A stretch of 64,000 bases of DNA from positions 288,001 to 352,000 of the forward strand of contig CBDCTJ010000001.1 in assembly GCA_965222115.1 (NCBI GenBank), written 5' to 3'. A program made the position numbers and the translations under genes. Each line of letters starts with the position of its first letter. Position 1 is the stretch's first letter. Below the pieces are notes generated by a model, which worked only from the letters and a program-made list of their open reading frames with translations, was not told where the DNA came from and did no database searches. The stretch comes from Planctomycetota bacterium. GTDB lineage: Bacteria > Planctomycetota > PLA2 > JAEUHO01. Shown here one piece after another: positions 10,230-20,255 of the stretch.

Positions 10230-10838
10230 ATGGGGCGAGTCACATGGACGTTCACACTACTACTCAGCGCCACCTTCTGGCTCGTCTCGTGTGATGACGA
10301 TTGCAATGACAAGAACTTAGGTGCGTCAGCGCCCACCACGCCCGTGCAAGTCTTCAATGTATTCGATGATGAAACCGATTACGCAAACGCAGGCGGCTCC
10401 ACAACGATGTTCGACTTCCGACCGGATCTACCCGCGGATCACGACCCCGCGATGGGCGATCAATTCATCAACTGTCGCGTGTACCAAGATCATTGCTTTG
10501 AAGGATTTCGACGGCGCGTACCCGGCGGTGGCTTTCTGGGATGGATCTACGCAAATCCTGGAGACACGATCACGATTCGTCTGCCATCGGCATCTACGAG
10601 CGTTGGCTTCACTGTCGGCCCATTTTCGTCAACCGCGGGAACCCACGTATTCACGTTACCGGATGGGCAAGAGATTCGCCGCGATATGGGCAACGGCGCA
10701 CCACCGAACTACCTTCGCTTTATCGGCATCACCTCAAACCTGCCTATCACCCATGTGACCTACCACGTCGAAAATGTCGCCGGCATCATCTGGGACATGC
10801 GAACCATGAGCGCGGGTACGCCGTGTAGCTGTCCCTAA
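10230..10838 (+). CDS. Hypothetical lipoprotein, beta-rich
   Basis: GGAGG RBS; hydrophobic leader ending LVSC. Confidence 0.65.
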   Translation: MGRVTWTFTLLLSATFWLVSCDDDCNDKNLGASAPTTPVQVFNVFDDETDYANAGGSTTMFDFRPDLPADHDPAMGDQFINCRVYQDHCFEGFRRRVPGGGFLGWIYANPGDTITIRLPSASTSVGFTVGPFSSTAGTHVFTLPDGQEIRRDMGNGAPPNYLRFIGITSNLPITHVTYHVENVAGIIWDMRTMSAGTPCSCP

Positions 10839-10839
10839 C

Positions 10840-10950
10840 GCGCCAAAAATACCTGGTATTTCTGGCGCACGGCGGAGTCCGCGCGGGCCCGAACGCGCCA
10901 TTCGTCGCGACATGCGCCAACAATACCTGGTTTCTGTGGCGCTTTTGGGG
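10840..10950. repeat. 111-bp REP/BIME-like element, copy 1
   Basis: Two imperfect palindromes, GCGCCAAAAATACCTGGTATTTCTGGCGC and GCGCCAACAATACCTGGTTTCTGTGGCGC; about 8 mismatches to 13228-13338. Confidence 0.9.
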
Positions 10951-10987
10951 GTAACGCGTAGCACGTTGGCTCGGAGTAGATTGTGGA

Positions 10988-13222
10988 GTGCCCATGACGA
11001 GCGACGTAGTCCTTCTTGATCAATGGCGGCAGCATGCAGACGGCGAAGCATTTTCGCTTCTGGCCCACCGCCATGCCTCGCTCGTCGCCGATGTGGCTTT
11101 TCGCATAGCCGGTGATCGCCAAACAGCGGAAGACGCACTGCAAGAGGCGTTGTTGGCACTGGCAAACGATCAAAGTGACCGTCCAGCAAACGTAGGTATT
11201 CGCGCATGGTTGGCACGATCCGCGATTTCTAAGGCAAAGAACCAGCGCGCGTCACAGGGATCGCGGCGACGGCGAGAACGTGTAGTGGGACGCAAGCGTT
11301 CGGAGAGCGTGATGAAACAGCCGGCCGCGGAGAGACAACGAATGGCGTCGCATATCCTCGGCGCACTTGAAGCGAACGACGCCACCGTGCTGGCGCTTCG
11401 ATTCATCCACGACGTTTCCTATACCGAAATGTCCGCCATATTGGCAGTATCCGAATCGGCAGCCCGCGTGCGTGTTCATAGAGCATTGGAGCGAGCGCGC
11501 GCGCTACATCCCGGCGGGGATATCGACGACAAAACTGCGGGCGCAATGATCGCGTCGGTGCCCGTGCTTGATGTGGGACACGACGCGATTAACAAATGTG
11601 TACAGCACGCGATCCGGCAGTCAAAGGGGCGAGTGCATGCAAGGAGCTCGGCATCGCCACGCAGGTTGCCGGTATTGCCCCTAACGGCCATGGGCGCCGT
11701 TTGCGCCCTACTTGCTGTGGGTTTTTTCGCTTGGCCAAAGGCGACGCAACCGGAACTGCGGCCCAACGTTGCAGATGGATCCTATCGAGAGGCATCACCG
11801 CCCACGCTCGCTGCTCACGTGCCGGGTGTAGAGCGGGCACCCACGGATCGCTCGATTCGAAATCAAGACAAGCCACTGCCTTCCAAAGAGATTAGAAATT
11901 CTAAGAAGTCGGCACCACGCTCGACTTCCCCTAGCGACTCGAGTCTCACGAAGAGCCAAGCCACTCTCACGCGGCTGCGAATGCGCGTGAAGCTCGCCGA
12001 TGGAACGCTTGAGAGCGTACGAATCGGACGCATCATGCATCGTGGTAGTGAGTGGGATGCTAGTCAAGTCCCCGCACTCCTTGATTCGTTCCCCGCCTAC
12101 GCAAGGATGCACATAACACTCTCGACGAGTGACGCACGTGCGGCAACGCCATGGGTCATTCTTAACGTGCCCGATCCCGTGCCGCCGATCCTCGACGTCG
12201 TTGTTCCGTCTAACGATTCGAATGACCTAGATAAGCTCACACTTCGCATCGTAGATGCTGAGACGAAGACTCCTTTGCCCCGCTCCACGATTCACTGGGG
12301 TAATGGTGAACAGCGTGAAGTGCGTTGGTCTGCGGATGAGAACGGACGCATTGAAGTCAAGAATCTAAAACCGAGACCATGGAACAAGAACTGTCCTTCA
12401 GCGCTAGTTCACTTCACGGCGTGCGAATACAACATCGTTGCACCCGGGTACCTGCACGCGGGGCAATCGTACGGTGGAAGGGAATATGCTCCCCAGCCGA
12501 TTGTTGAAGGAACGTATCTTGAGACGTGGACGGAACACAGGGAAATCGAGATCAAGCTAAGGCGCATTCCCCAACAGTCAGGCTTGTCCGAGCGCACCAT
12601 TCGATTCGTTGATGCCGAGGGACAGCCTGTTCGTGACGCCTATATATCCATTGTTCACCCGTACAGACGGCACCGCCCACAGCTCTTAGATCAGCGACTT
12701 AGCCCAGGCAACGAGTTTCGTCGTACGAACGAACACGGCGAGATCACACTCGTAATGGGCCAGGTTGTTGCCGTAGCTGCAATGACGGATCGCTCACCTC
12801 TGGCCGGATGGGGGCTGGCTGCGAACGCATGGAGCAATGACGAAGTACGAGTACTAACGATGCCTCGAGTTGCGCGGGCGCGCGTTCGAATTTCGGGACT
12901 CGCAGAGGGTACTCGACTGCGGTTGTGGCGACTTACGCCATTTCAATCACTTAGCGAAGTACACCCGCTACTGCAAGGCTCAATGGATCTCGATGCAAAG
13001 CGAATCCTAGATGAGCAGAACGCATCGCTGCCTCTATTGGACACGGCTTACACTCAACAAGACGCCGACAATGGCGCGACGATTCCTGTAGCAGTCGGAC
13101 GGAAGCAGACGTGGTATGCGAGTCATGGCAGCGAGACGCGTGTGCTTACGCTCAATCCAACCGCCCCCGTTGGGTACGACGTTTATCGAGAGTGGAGCGA
13201 TCTGCCGCTTGCCGCCGACTAA
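10988..13222 (+). CDS. ECF sigma factor fused to a TM helix and an extracytoplasmic beta-sandwich region
   Basis: AEDALQEA (sigma2), SYTEMSAILAVSESAARVRVHRAL (sigma4), TM LTAMGAVCALLAVGFFAW, then carboxypeptidase-regulatory-like segments (IVDAETKTPL..., FVDAEGQPV). Confidence 0.85.
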   Translation: MPMTSDVVLLDQWRQHADGEAFSLLAHRHASLVADVAFRIAGDRQTAEDALQEALLALANDQSDRPANVGIRAWLARSAISKAKNQRASQGSRRRRERVVGRKRSESVMKQPAAERQRMASHILGALEANDATVLALRFIHDVSYTEMSAILAVSESAARVRVHRALERARALHPGGDIDDKTAGAMIASVPVLDVGHDAINKCVQHAIRQSKGRVHARSSASPRRLPVLPLTAMGAVCALLAVGFFAWPKATQPELRPNVADGSYREASPPTLAAHVPGVERAPTDRSIRNQDKPLPSKEIRNSKKSAPRSTSPSDSSLTKSQATLTRLRMRVKLADGTLESVRIGRIMHRGSEWDASQVPALLDSFPAYARMHITLSTSDARAATPWVILNVPDPVPPILDVVVPSNDSNDLDKLTLRIVDAETKTPLPRSTIHWGNGEQREVRWSADENGRIEVKNLKPRPWNKNCPSALVHFTACEYNIVAPGYLHAGQSYGGREYAPQPIVEGTYLETWTEHREIEIKLRRIPQQSGLSERTIRFVDAEGQPVRDAYISIVHPYRRHRPQLLDQRLSPGNEFRRTNEHGEITLVMGQVVAVAAMTDRSPLAGWGLAANAWSNDEVRVLTMPRVARARVRISGLAEGTRLRLWRLTPFQSLSEVHPLLQGSMDLDAKRILDEQNASLPLLDTAYTQQDADNGATIPVAVGRKQTWYASHGSETRVLTLNPTAPVGYDVYREWSDLPLAAD

Positions 13223-13227
13223 CCCAT

Positions 13228-13338
13228 GCGCCAAAAATACCTGGTATTTCTGGCGCGTCGCGGAGGCCGCGCGGACCCGAAAGCGCCATTCATCGCGACG
13301 TGCGCCAACAATACCTGGTTTCTGTGGCGCTTTTGGGG
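13228..13338. repeat. 111-bp REP/BIME-like element, copy 2
   Basis: Direct repeat of 10840-10950. Confidence 0.9.
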
Positions 13339-13339
13339 A

Positions 13340-14176
13340 CTAGGTAGGCTTCATGGCGCGGAGGCGGCGGATGCGCTCGTTGGGGTCGGGGTGAGTGCTG
13401 AACATTTTGGCCATGCCCTTTCCGAAGAAGGGGTTGGCGATCATCATGTGGGCGGTCGCGCCGGTTTCGCTGAGGGGCGGTCGTTTGGGGATACCGCGGT
13501 GCAATGCTTCTAGTGCAGAAGCCAGCGCCTCGGGATCGTTGGCAATGCGCGCACCGTCGGCGTCGGCTTCGTATTCACGAGCACGGCTAATCGCCATCTG
13601 TACAAGTCCGGCGATCATCGGTGCCAGAATCGCAACGGCCAATAGAAGGATGGGGTTGGGAGAGTCATCGTCACCGCTGCCACCAAACATCGCGCCGAAG
13701 CGACCCATCATCGCGAGCAGACCAATGGCAGACACCGCACCCGACACCAACGTCATGGTGAGCATGTCGCGATTTTGAACGTGACCGAGCTCGTGGGCCA
13801 TGACGGCGCGCACTTCACGGCGATCACACACGTCTAACAGGCCCTGCGTCACGGCGACAACAGCGTTCTTGGGATTGCGTCCGGTGGCGAAAGCATTGGG
13901 ACCCGGCTTATTGATGTAGGCCACCTTGGGCATGGGCATACCCGCGCGGGTAGTCATCTCTTTGACGTCGTCTTGGATCCATTGCAATTCACCGGGTTCA
14001 AGCACTTTGGCGCCGTGTGCCTTGAGGACGAGCGAACCGGAGAACCAATAGTTGAAAAAGTTGAGCGCAATGCCAATCGCAAACGCGATCAACATCCCGG
14101 TCTTTCCACCGATAAGGCTGCCAATACCCACCATCAATAGGGTGAGCAGGGTCAGTAGTGCGGCGGTACGAATCAT
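13340..14176 (-). CDS. htpX: HtpX zinc metalloprotease (M48)
   Basis: PNAFATGRNP, AHELGH, ISRAREYEAD, FSTHP motifs. Confidence 0.95.
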   Translation of the reverse strand: MIRTAALLTLLTLLMVGIGSLIGGKTGMLIAFAIGIALNFFNYWFSGSLVLKAHGAKVLEPGELQWIQDDVKEMTTRAGMPMPKVAYINKPGPNAFATGRNPKNAVVAVTQGLLDVCDRREVRAVMAHELGHVQNRDMLTMTLVSGAVSAIGLLAMMGRFGAMFGGSGDDDSPNPILLLAVAILAPMIAGLVQMAISRAREYEADADGARIANDPEALASALEALHRGIPKRPPLSETGATAHMMIANPFFGKGMAKMFSTHPDPNERIRRLRAMKPT

Positions 14177-14314
14177 GCAAATGCTCCTGGAGACAGACGG
14201 AGCCTATGAGACTCCAAAGGCTCACGTGCAGGAATCATGCCGAGCCTAGAAATGGGCGTTTCGAGTCTCATTACGCGCCAAAACGGCACGATCGAAGGAC
14301 CAAGGATGCCAGAA

Positions 14315-14380
14315 CATACATCTCGGTGCCAGGCACGCCGATGTACCTACGTCGCGGTGCCTGGCACGCAGGTGTACCCC
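14315..14380. repeat. GTGCC(A/T)GGCAC palindromic REP-like cluster
   Basis: GTGCCAGGCAC at 14326-14336 and GTGCCTGGCAC at 14357-14367; a 37-bp block is shared with 17489-17525. Confidence 0.8.
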
Positions 14381-14398
14381 GCACGCACGGGTATGTCT

Positions 14399-15906
14399 TT
14401 ACTGCTTCTCGGTCCTCAGCAGCTTGATGGGCGCGGCGAGCTTGCCTGTTGCGAGTGACGCGGCGAACTCGCGAGTCGTTGCAAACTCACCCTTGTGAGA
14501 GCCGGACGTTATCTGGATGTTGTCTCGTAGTCCTTCGTGGATGACGGGCGCGGAATAGTATTCGCCATCAATGATTATCGCCAAGGGCATACCAATGTTC
14601 TTCGACGTGAACTTGAAGAATGCATCTTGGAACTCGGGCTTCACTTCATAAAGGACGGCGACTCCTGGATTCGAGGGGTCAACCGACTTCGCCACCACAG
14701 CGTTTTCCTGCAAAATATTCGCTCCGAAGGCCTTGTCTTTATCCGTCGGCTCTTCCAGCAAGCGATAGTCCTCTGAGTCCCTATTCCGTAGGCGCGCCCT
14801 TCGCACCAAGCGGTAGCGAGGATCGCTAGGCACATAAGCGGTATCGTTCTCTTCAGTAAGCTGCCAGCGTTCGATCTCTCTCTTTTTGTACCGTCAAAGC
14901 CAGCCTTCGTTGCAGGAAACGCATCGCCAGCGCCCTTCCATGGTGCATCGCCCGCATCGAGACGCGGAGCTCTGTCGTCTCCATAGCGCCTACTCTCTAG
15001 CACTTCGACGGGGAGGACCTCAATTTGGAACTGAAGTTCGCCGCGCATCGCAAGTAGTAGCTTGAGGGATTCCGCATCTTTGAATCTGCGGACACAATTG
15101 ACATGAATGACGCCGGGTTCAGGAGACTCCACCCGAACCCCACGAATCAAGGACTGTTCAAGACGATGGCGCAATTGATCCAAGACGCGCTTCGTCGTGG
15201 CGGCAGCTTCCTGCCCCTTCACCGCGCCAACGCCGAATACAAATCGCGCCCCGCGTGTTGCTGGTCCCGACACGGCAAGTGGCGAATGTAGCCAGTCATG
15301 CACGGGCGCAATGACGACACGTTTACCGATACTTTGGACTTCAAAGTCAATGTCCCATGTCGTTCCTTCGCCCTTCACGCGAAGAACCGCCCGCCGCCTT
15401 TCACCTTCCAGAATCGAATGCGGTGACGACAGCGGCTCAATCTGAGATTTCGGCGAAATCTCAATCATCGCAATCTTGTCCCACTTGATATTCGGTTCTT
15501 CGCCAATGTAATTCGCAAGCGCCTTGGATACTGTGCTTCGTGCGCTTGACGCTACTCTCTCCATGCCCCCCGCCATCTTGAATCTCGCACGCAGATTTTT
15601 GCTATAGACATGCTTCTCATCGAGGAAATGTACCTCTTCGCGATAGACCCATACGTCAATCTCACGCTGAAGATCCTCCTTCGTAAGCATGAACTTACTT
15701 AGCGCATTAGGATCACTGTCTTTGAGCGCACGAGATAGCGCAGTCGCAATGGGGCCGACTTCCTCGTCAGTTCTGGCATCCTCCGTCGACTCATCTGCCG
15801 GAGGCGTGTACTCTGGAGGCACGGATTGCCCTTCGCCGCATCCGACGCAGATCAATGTAAGTAATAAAACTGGGAGAAACGTATACGCGACGCGAGAGAT
15901 GTTCAT
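14399..15906 (-). pseudogene. Lipoprotein with a SecDF P1-like domain, split by a 1-nt frameshift near 14890 (pseudogene or sequence error)
   Basis: ORFs 14641-15906 and 14399-14833 together align with the intact paralogue 15962-17470 (GFD.YKKREIERW vs GFDAFKKKEIEHW). Confidence 0.8.
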
Positions 15907-15961
15907 GGGCGCATGATACCGAAGACTATGCGCCTAGCTACTTGGCATGCAGATGCCGAAA

Positions 15962-17470
15962 CTACTGGTTCTCGATCGCCTGAAGCTTGAGTGGCGCCTC
16001 CAACTCACCTGCAGAGAGCGCCGCCGCGAGTTCGCGGGCCTTATCTAGTTCACTAAGCTCGGTCCCCATCGTTATCATCACATTGTCTCTTAGACCTTGC
16101 CGGATTACGGGCGCTGAAATACATACTCCGTCAATGAGAATCGCCATTGGCATACCAATGTTCTTCGACGTGAACTTAAAGAACGCGTCTTGCGATTCGG
16201 TTCGTACCTCGTAGAGTACGGCGGGCACGGGGGAAGCGAACTGTGGGAACAGATTTGCCGTCCCCTTCAGGTCCTTACTTCCAAAGCGTTCGACACCGCT
16301 TGTAGGCACCTCCACGACGCGAAAGTCCTCCGGGCGTATTCGCATTCTTCCAAGCATAGGCACTAGCAGATAGCGCGGGTCAACAGGCGAATAGTCCAGA
16401 CCCTTTTCCTTGGCAATCTTCCAGTGCTCAATCTCCTTCTTCTTAAACGCATCAAAGCCCTCTTTCGTGGCCGGATACTTTTTGCCCGCGCCTTGCCAAG
16501 GAATGTTCCCGGAATCCAAACGAGACGTTGCTTGGTCATCGTGGCGACGTTGCTTCAACACCTCAGCCGGAAGCACTTCAATTTGAAACCGAATCGCCCC
16601 GCGGATCGGAATTATCCGTTCCAGCACACGCGTCGATTTGATGCTGCGCACGCAATTGACATGAAAGATGCCAGGCTTAGGCGACTTGACTGACACACCA
16701 CGAAACCACAATCGATCGACCCGATGGCGCAGCGTCGCGAGCACGCGCGGCGTCAATATTTCAATGTCACGCTCGTCCTTCGATTCCAACCCAAACACGA
16801 GCCGCACGCCTCGCGTGGCGGGCCCCGCTTTAGCCAACGGCGCGTGGAGCCAATCACTCCTGGGCCAAACACACACGCGCTCTCCAACAGCTTCGATTTC
16901 GAACTCAATGTCCCACGTAGATCCATCAGCCTCAACCCGCAAGACCGTGGGAACGTCGCTCAACCCAGCCACCGAGAGCGAGTGCGATAAATCTGACTTT
17001 GTATCAAGTCGACAACTCACGAACCGAAGCTTCTGCCACGGCACCTCAGTATCAAACTCACGACACGATTCGAGATTCTTGGTCAGCTCCTTTCGCGCGC
17101 TCATCACGACACGATCAACTCCACCGCCCTCCTTGATGCGCTGCAAGAACATCGTTCCGTATCCAATGTCCATCCCGCGAAAGATATGTTCTTCTTCCCA
17201 CGCCACTCGATCTAGGTGTCGCTTCAAATCCTCGGCCGTAGGCAAGTAGTGGCCGATCGTCGACGGGTCATTGTTCTTGAGTGAGGTGAACAATGCCTTT
17301 GCGATCGGCTGGATCGCTTTCTTGAATTTGATAGGCCTGTAAGGCGATTTATCACTTGGCGCCTTCTTTGGAGGCACGGGCGGCTCTTCGCGTGCATACC
17401 CGAGGCTCATTCCGGTGCACGAAAGCAACAAGATAGAGAAAAATGTACACGCGACGCGAGAGATGCTCAT
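15962..17470 (-). CDS. Exported protein with a C-terminal SecD/SecDF P1 domain and no RND TM domain
   Basis: Signal peptide; LRHRVD, FFKFTSKNIGMPMAILIDG..ISAPVI and ARELAAALSAGELEAPL match the SecD periplasmic domain, and the ORF ends where SecD TM2 would begin. Confidence 0.8.
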   Translation of the reverse strand: MSISRVACTFFSILLLSCTGMSLGYAREEPPVPPKKAPSDKSPYRPIKFKKAIQPIAKALFTSLKNNDPSTIGHYLPTAEDLKRHLDRVAWEEEHIFRGMDIGYGTMFLQRIKEGGGVDRVVMSARKELTKNLESCREFDTEVPWQKLRFVSCRLDTKSDLSHSLSVAGLSDVPTVLRVEADGSTWDIEFEIEAVGERVCVWPRSDWLHAPLAKAGPATRGVRLVFGLESKDERDIEILTPRVLATLRHRVDRLWFRGVSVKSPKPGIFHVNCVRSIKSTRVLERIIPIRGAIRFQIEVLPAEVLKQRRHDDQATSRLDSGNIPWQGAGKKYPATKEGFDAFKKKEIEHWKIAKEKGLDYSPVDPRYLLVPMLGRMRIRPEDFRVVEVPTSGVERFGSKDLKGTANLFPQFASPVPAVLYEVRTESQDAFFKFTSKNIGMPMAILIDGVCISAPVIRQGLRDNVMITMGTELSELDKARELAAALSAGELEAPLKLQAIENQ

Positions 17471-17488
17471 GAGCGCATGATACCGGAA

Positions 17489-17568
17489 TACCTACATCGC
17501 GGTGCCTGGCACGCCGATGTACCCCTTGCCCCGACTCTTTCTTGGGGGTACTGCGCTGTGCCTGGCAC
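17489..17568. repeat. GTGCCTGGCAC palindromic REP-like cluster
   Basis: Copies at 17502-17512 and 17558-17568. Confidence 0.8.
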
Positions 17569-17698
17569 CGATGCGTATGCTAATGCCACAACGCCCCGCG
17601 CTAGAGATGCTCGACGTGTTAATCCTCCCAGGCCGAAAGATGCGCCTGAGAACCAATTGAGGTAATTTCTGCGTGTCAACCGGAGAGAAGTGGCCCCT

Positions 17699-18409
17699 AT
17701 GACTGAACGTTCACGGCAGATCATCGCGCTCGGCGGCGGCGGGTTCTCGATGGAGCCCGGCAACCTGGCGCTTGATCGTTACATTCTCGAACAGTGTCCC
17801 GCCGATCGCCCCTCGGTTTGTTTCCTTCCCACGGCGAGCGGTGACGACAACCGTTACATCGCGAACTTCTACGCGGCGTATTGCACGCTACCAAGTCAAC
17901 CGACACACCTGTCGCTGTTCAGCCCCAGTACGAGCGACATTCGCGGCAAGCTTCTGTCTTCCGACATCATTCTCGTTGGCGGCGGCAACACGCGTTCCAT
18001 GCTGGCGCTCTGGCGGGAATGGCGACTCGATGAGATTTTGCGCGAGGCTCACACGCAAGGCGTCATTCTCACCGGACTCAGTGCGGGCTCTATTTGCTGG
18101 TTCGAGGAAGGACTGTCCGACTTCCTTCCAAACGAACTCAATCCGATTCAGGGGCTTGGCATTCTTGATGGGAGCCATTGCCCCCATTACCACGAAGAGG
18201 CAAATCGACGCGCGGCCTACCTCGACGCGATTAAGAACGGGACGCTTTCAAGCGGCGTGGCTGCAGACGATGGTGTGGGTCTGCACTACATCGACGGTGA
18301 ACTCAAACACGTCGTCGCATCACGCGCTCATTCAAAAGGCTATCGCGTGTCGCGTGAAGGCGATTCAGTCAGCGAAGAAGCGATCGAATCGCGGCTACTT
18401 GAACCGTAA
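17699..18409 (+). CDS. Peptidase E family (S51)
   Basis: FLPTASGD, VGGGNT, GLSAGS nucleophile motif, CPHY. Confidence 0.92.
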   Translation: MTERSRQIIALGGGGFSMEPGNLALDRYILEQCPADRPSVCFLPTASGDDNRYIANFYAAYCTLPSQPTHLSLFSPSTSDIRGKLLSSDIILVGGGNTRSMLALWREWRLDEILREAHTQGVILTGLSAGSICWFEEGLSDFLPNELNPIQGLGILDGSHCPHYHEEANRRAAYLDAIKNGTLSSGVAADDGVGLHYIDGELKHVVASRAHSKGYRVSREGDSVSEEAIESRLLEP

Positions 18410-18436
18410 CGCGGCACACCAAGACTGCTACCTACG

Positions 18437-20116
18437 CTACGCACCGTCGGCCTGGGCCGACAGACGAAGTAGCGCACGACGAAGTTGGCGATGCTGATCG
18501 AACTTGCGTACGAAGTCTGATTCGCGCACGCCACCCTTCGCGCGAATTACATCGGCAAATGTACGCCGCGCAGTCTTGCTCCAACGGCCCAATCCCGGAA
18601 TCGCGCAAACGACGGGCGCCCAACGTCGAAACGCTTGCTTCTCCCCCCGCGACCAGCGCGTCCACCCAGGACAACCGAGTTGTAGCGCAGCCTCACGGCA
18701 ACATTCCCGCTCGCCGCGTTCGCGATCTCCCCCATAGTGCTTCGCCAAATACTTCGACACCGCATAGCTAATGCCGTCTACTTGATCGACTGCGTCATCC
18801 GGCTGAGCCTTGGCCACGTAGTACATTGGCGCTGCGCTCAATTCCATGAGCGTGTCGCGCGATGAGCGGTGCTTTCGATTGCGCTTGATGCGTGCGAGTT
18901 CCTTCTTGAGCAATCGCTTAACCTCGGGATCGCGCGGGCGAAACCCGAGCTTGTAGTAAAACCACCACGCACCAGAGCTGAGCCCCTCTTCATTGCCGTG
19001 TCCAAGCTGATACGGATCCACGGCAAACACAGTCGCACCCAACAAGTGGTGAATCATGGCCAATGCACGCCCATAGACCTTGGCCGCCTCACCGCCACGA
19101 AACGCAGGGAACACGTTGTAAGCCACTTCGGAGATGCCGAAGAGCCCGCTTGAGAGTACGTAACCCATGGGCACGCCGTTTTGAATCGTGATGAAGGCGT
19201 AAACGCCTTCGAGCAAGCCCCGTTGCTCAGGAATCAAGCCCAGCGCTACGAAACTCAAACCATCGCCGCAGTCGATGAGCCGCACATCGTTCGGATCTGC
19301 ATACATGAACGAGTTGAGATCACGACTGCGCGTGACCATGCATCCCTTGGCGAGATTCACCAAGCGCTTGGCGGCCGCCCCCTTTACAGACGTAACCTTG
19401 CGCGGCGGGCGAAGCATTTCTGCAGCGAGGTTTGGACGCGACGTATCGAGGGGTTCCCGCTGATAGACCACGGGCGCCTGCGTCACGCGCGCCGTGGTTC
19501 GATTGGGCGTGTCTTCGCTTGGATCGAGTCGCATGGAAAGCTCAAGCTTGTCGTAGATCGCTTCACGAACAAAGGGCCCGGCATCGAGCGCTGCCAGGCG
19601 CGCGGTGAGGAACTCGGCATCCGTTTCATCATCGCGCTTGAGATGCTGAACCCACTCCCGGAGCGAATAGCCATACACTTCGAGCGCCGGTCCCTCCGCG
19701 TAGTGAACGAGCATCCACAGCATGTCCTCAAGCGCTTCGGCCCCGTCGAACTCGTCCCAATCCATATGGAGCTGCCCGGGCCAATTGGTCGCAAGCCAAC
19801 GCGCGGTCGTAAGCCAAAATCGGTAATAGATCGTCGTGCCAGCTATACCGGAGTCTTCCAACTCGTCTCGAAACGCCTTTAGATCGCGGCGCGAGCGAAA
19901 CGCTTTGAGCACGGCATCGGCCGCCTCGGCAACCTCCTTGTTGTCGGCGTATGCACGCACAAAGAGCAGCGACTCGTGCAGCGCGAAGAGTTGCTTCGCA
20001 CTCGTGCATCGCGTTCGCTTTAGCGCGCGCAACACGTCTAGCTTCTCCGCCGAAGCTTCGCTGCCAAACTGGGTTCGAAGCGCAGCGAGCTTGTTCACGA
20101 TTCGACCTGGTTGCAT
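18437..20116 (-). CDS. Conserved-looking hypothetical protein with a possible GNAT-like C-terminal domain
   Basis: 559-aa ORF with GGAGG RBS; NVFPAFRGGEAAKV and AWWFYYKLGF resemble GNAT motifs. Confidence 0.65.
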   Translation of the reverse strand: MQPGRIVNKLAALRTQFGSEASAEKLDVLRALKRTRCTSAKQLFALHESLLFVRAYADNKEVAEAADAVLKAFRSRRDLKAFRDELEDSGIAGTTIYYRFWLTTARWLATNWPGQLHMDWDEFDGAEALEDMLWMLVHYAEGPALEVYGYSLREWVQHLKRDDETDAEFLTARLAALDAGPFVREAIYDKLELSMRLDPSEDTPNRTTARVTQAPVVYQREPLDTSRPNLAAEMLRPPRKVTSVKGAAAKRLVNLAKGCMVTRSRDLNSFMYADPNDVRLIDCGDGLSFVALGLIPEQRGLLEGVYAFITIQNGVPMGYVLSSGLFGISEVAYNVFPAFRGGEAAKVYGRALAMIHHLLGATVFAVDPYQLGHGNEEGLSSGAWWFYYKLGFRPRDPEVKRLLKKELARIKRNRKHRSSRDTLMELSAAPMYYVAKAQPDDAVDQVDGISYAVSKYLAKHYGGDRERGERECCREAALQLGCPGWTRWSRGEKQAFRRWAPVVCAIPGLGRWSKTARRTFADVIRAKGGVRESDFVRKFDQHRQLRRALLRLSAQADGA

Positions 20117-20255
20117 GGGCGGATCCTCCGACGCTCATTCTGCCTAAGGCGCGGATGAGACCCATTGAATTGGTACGCCGACGTCCATCAAATGCGACCT
20201 TTGGATTGAACACTTGTATGGGAGTATGGTCCGACTTGAAGTTGTCGGAGCTCCT

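Noticed and set aside
10840-13338. Palindromic repeats as a CRISPR array
   Set aside because: Only two units per locus, the intervening sequence is conserved between loci instead of being a unique spacer, and no cas genes are present.
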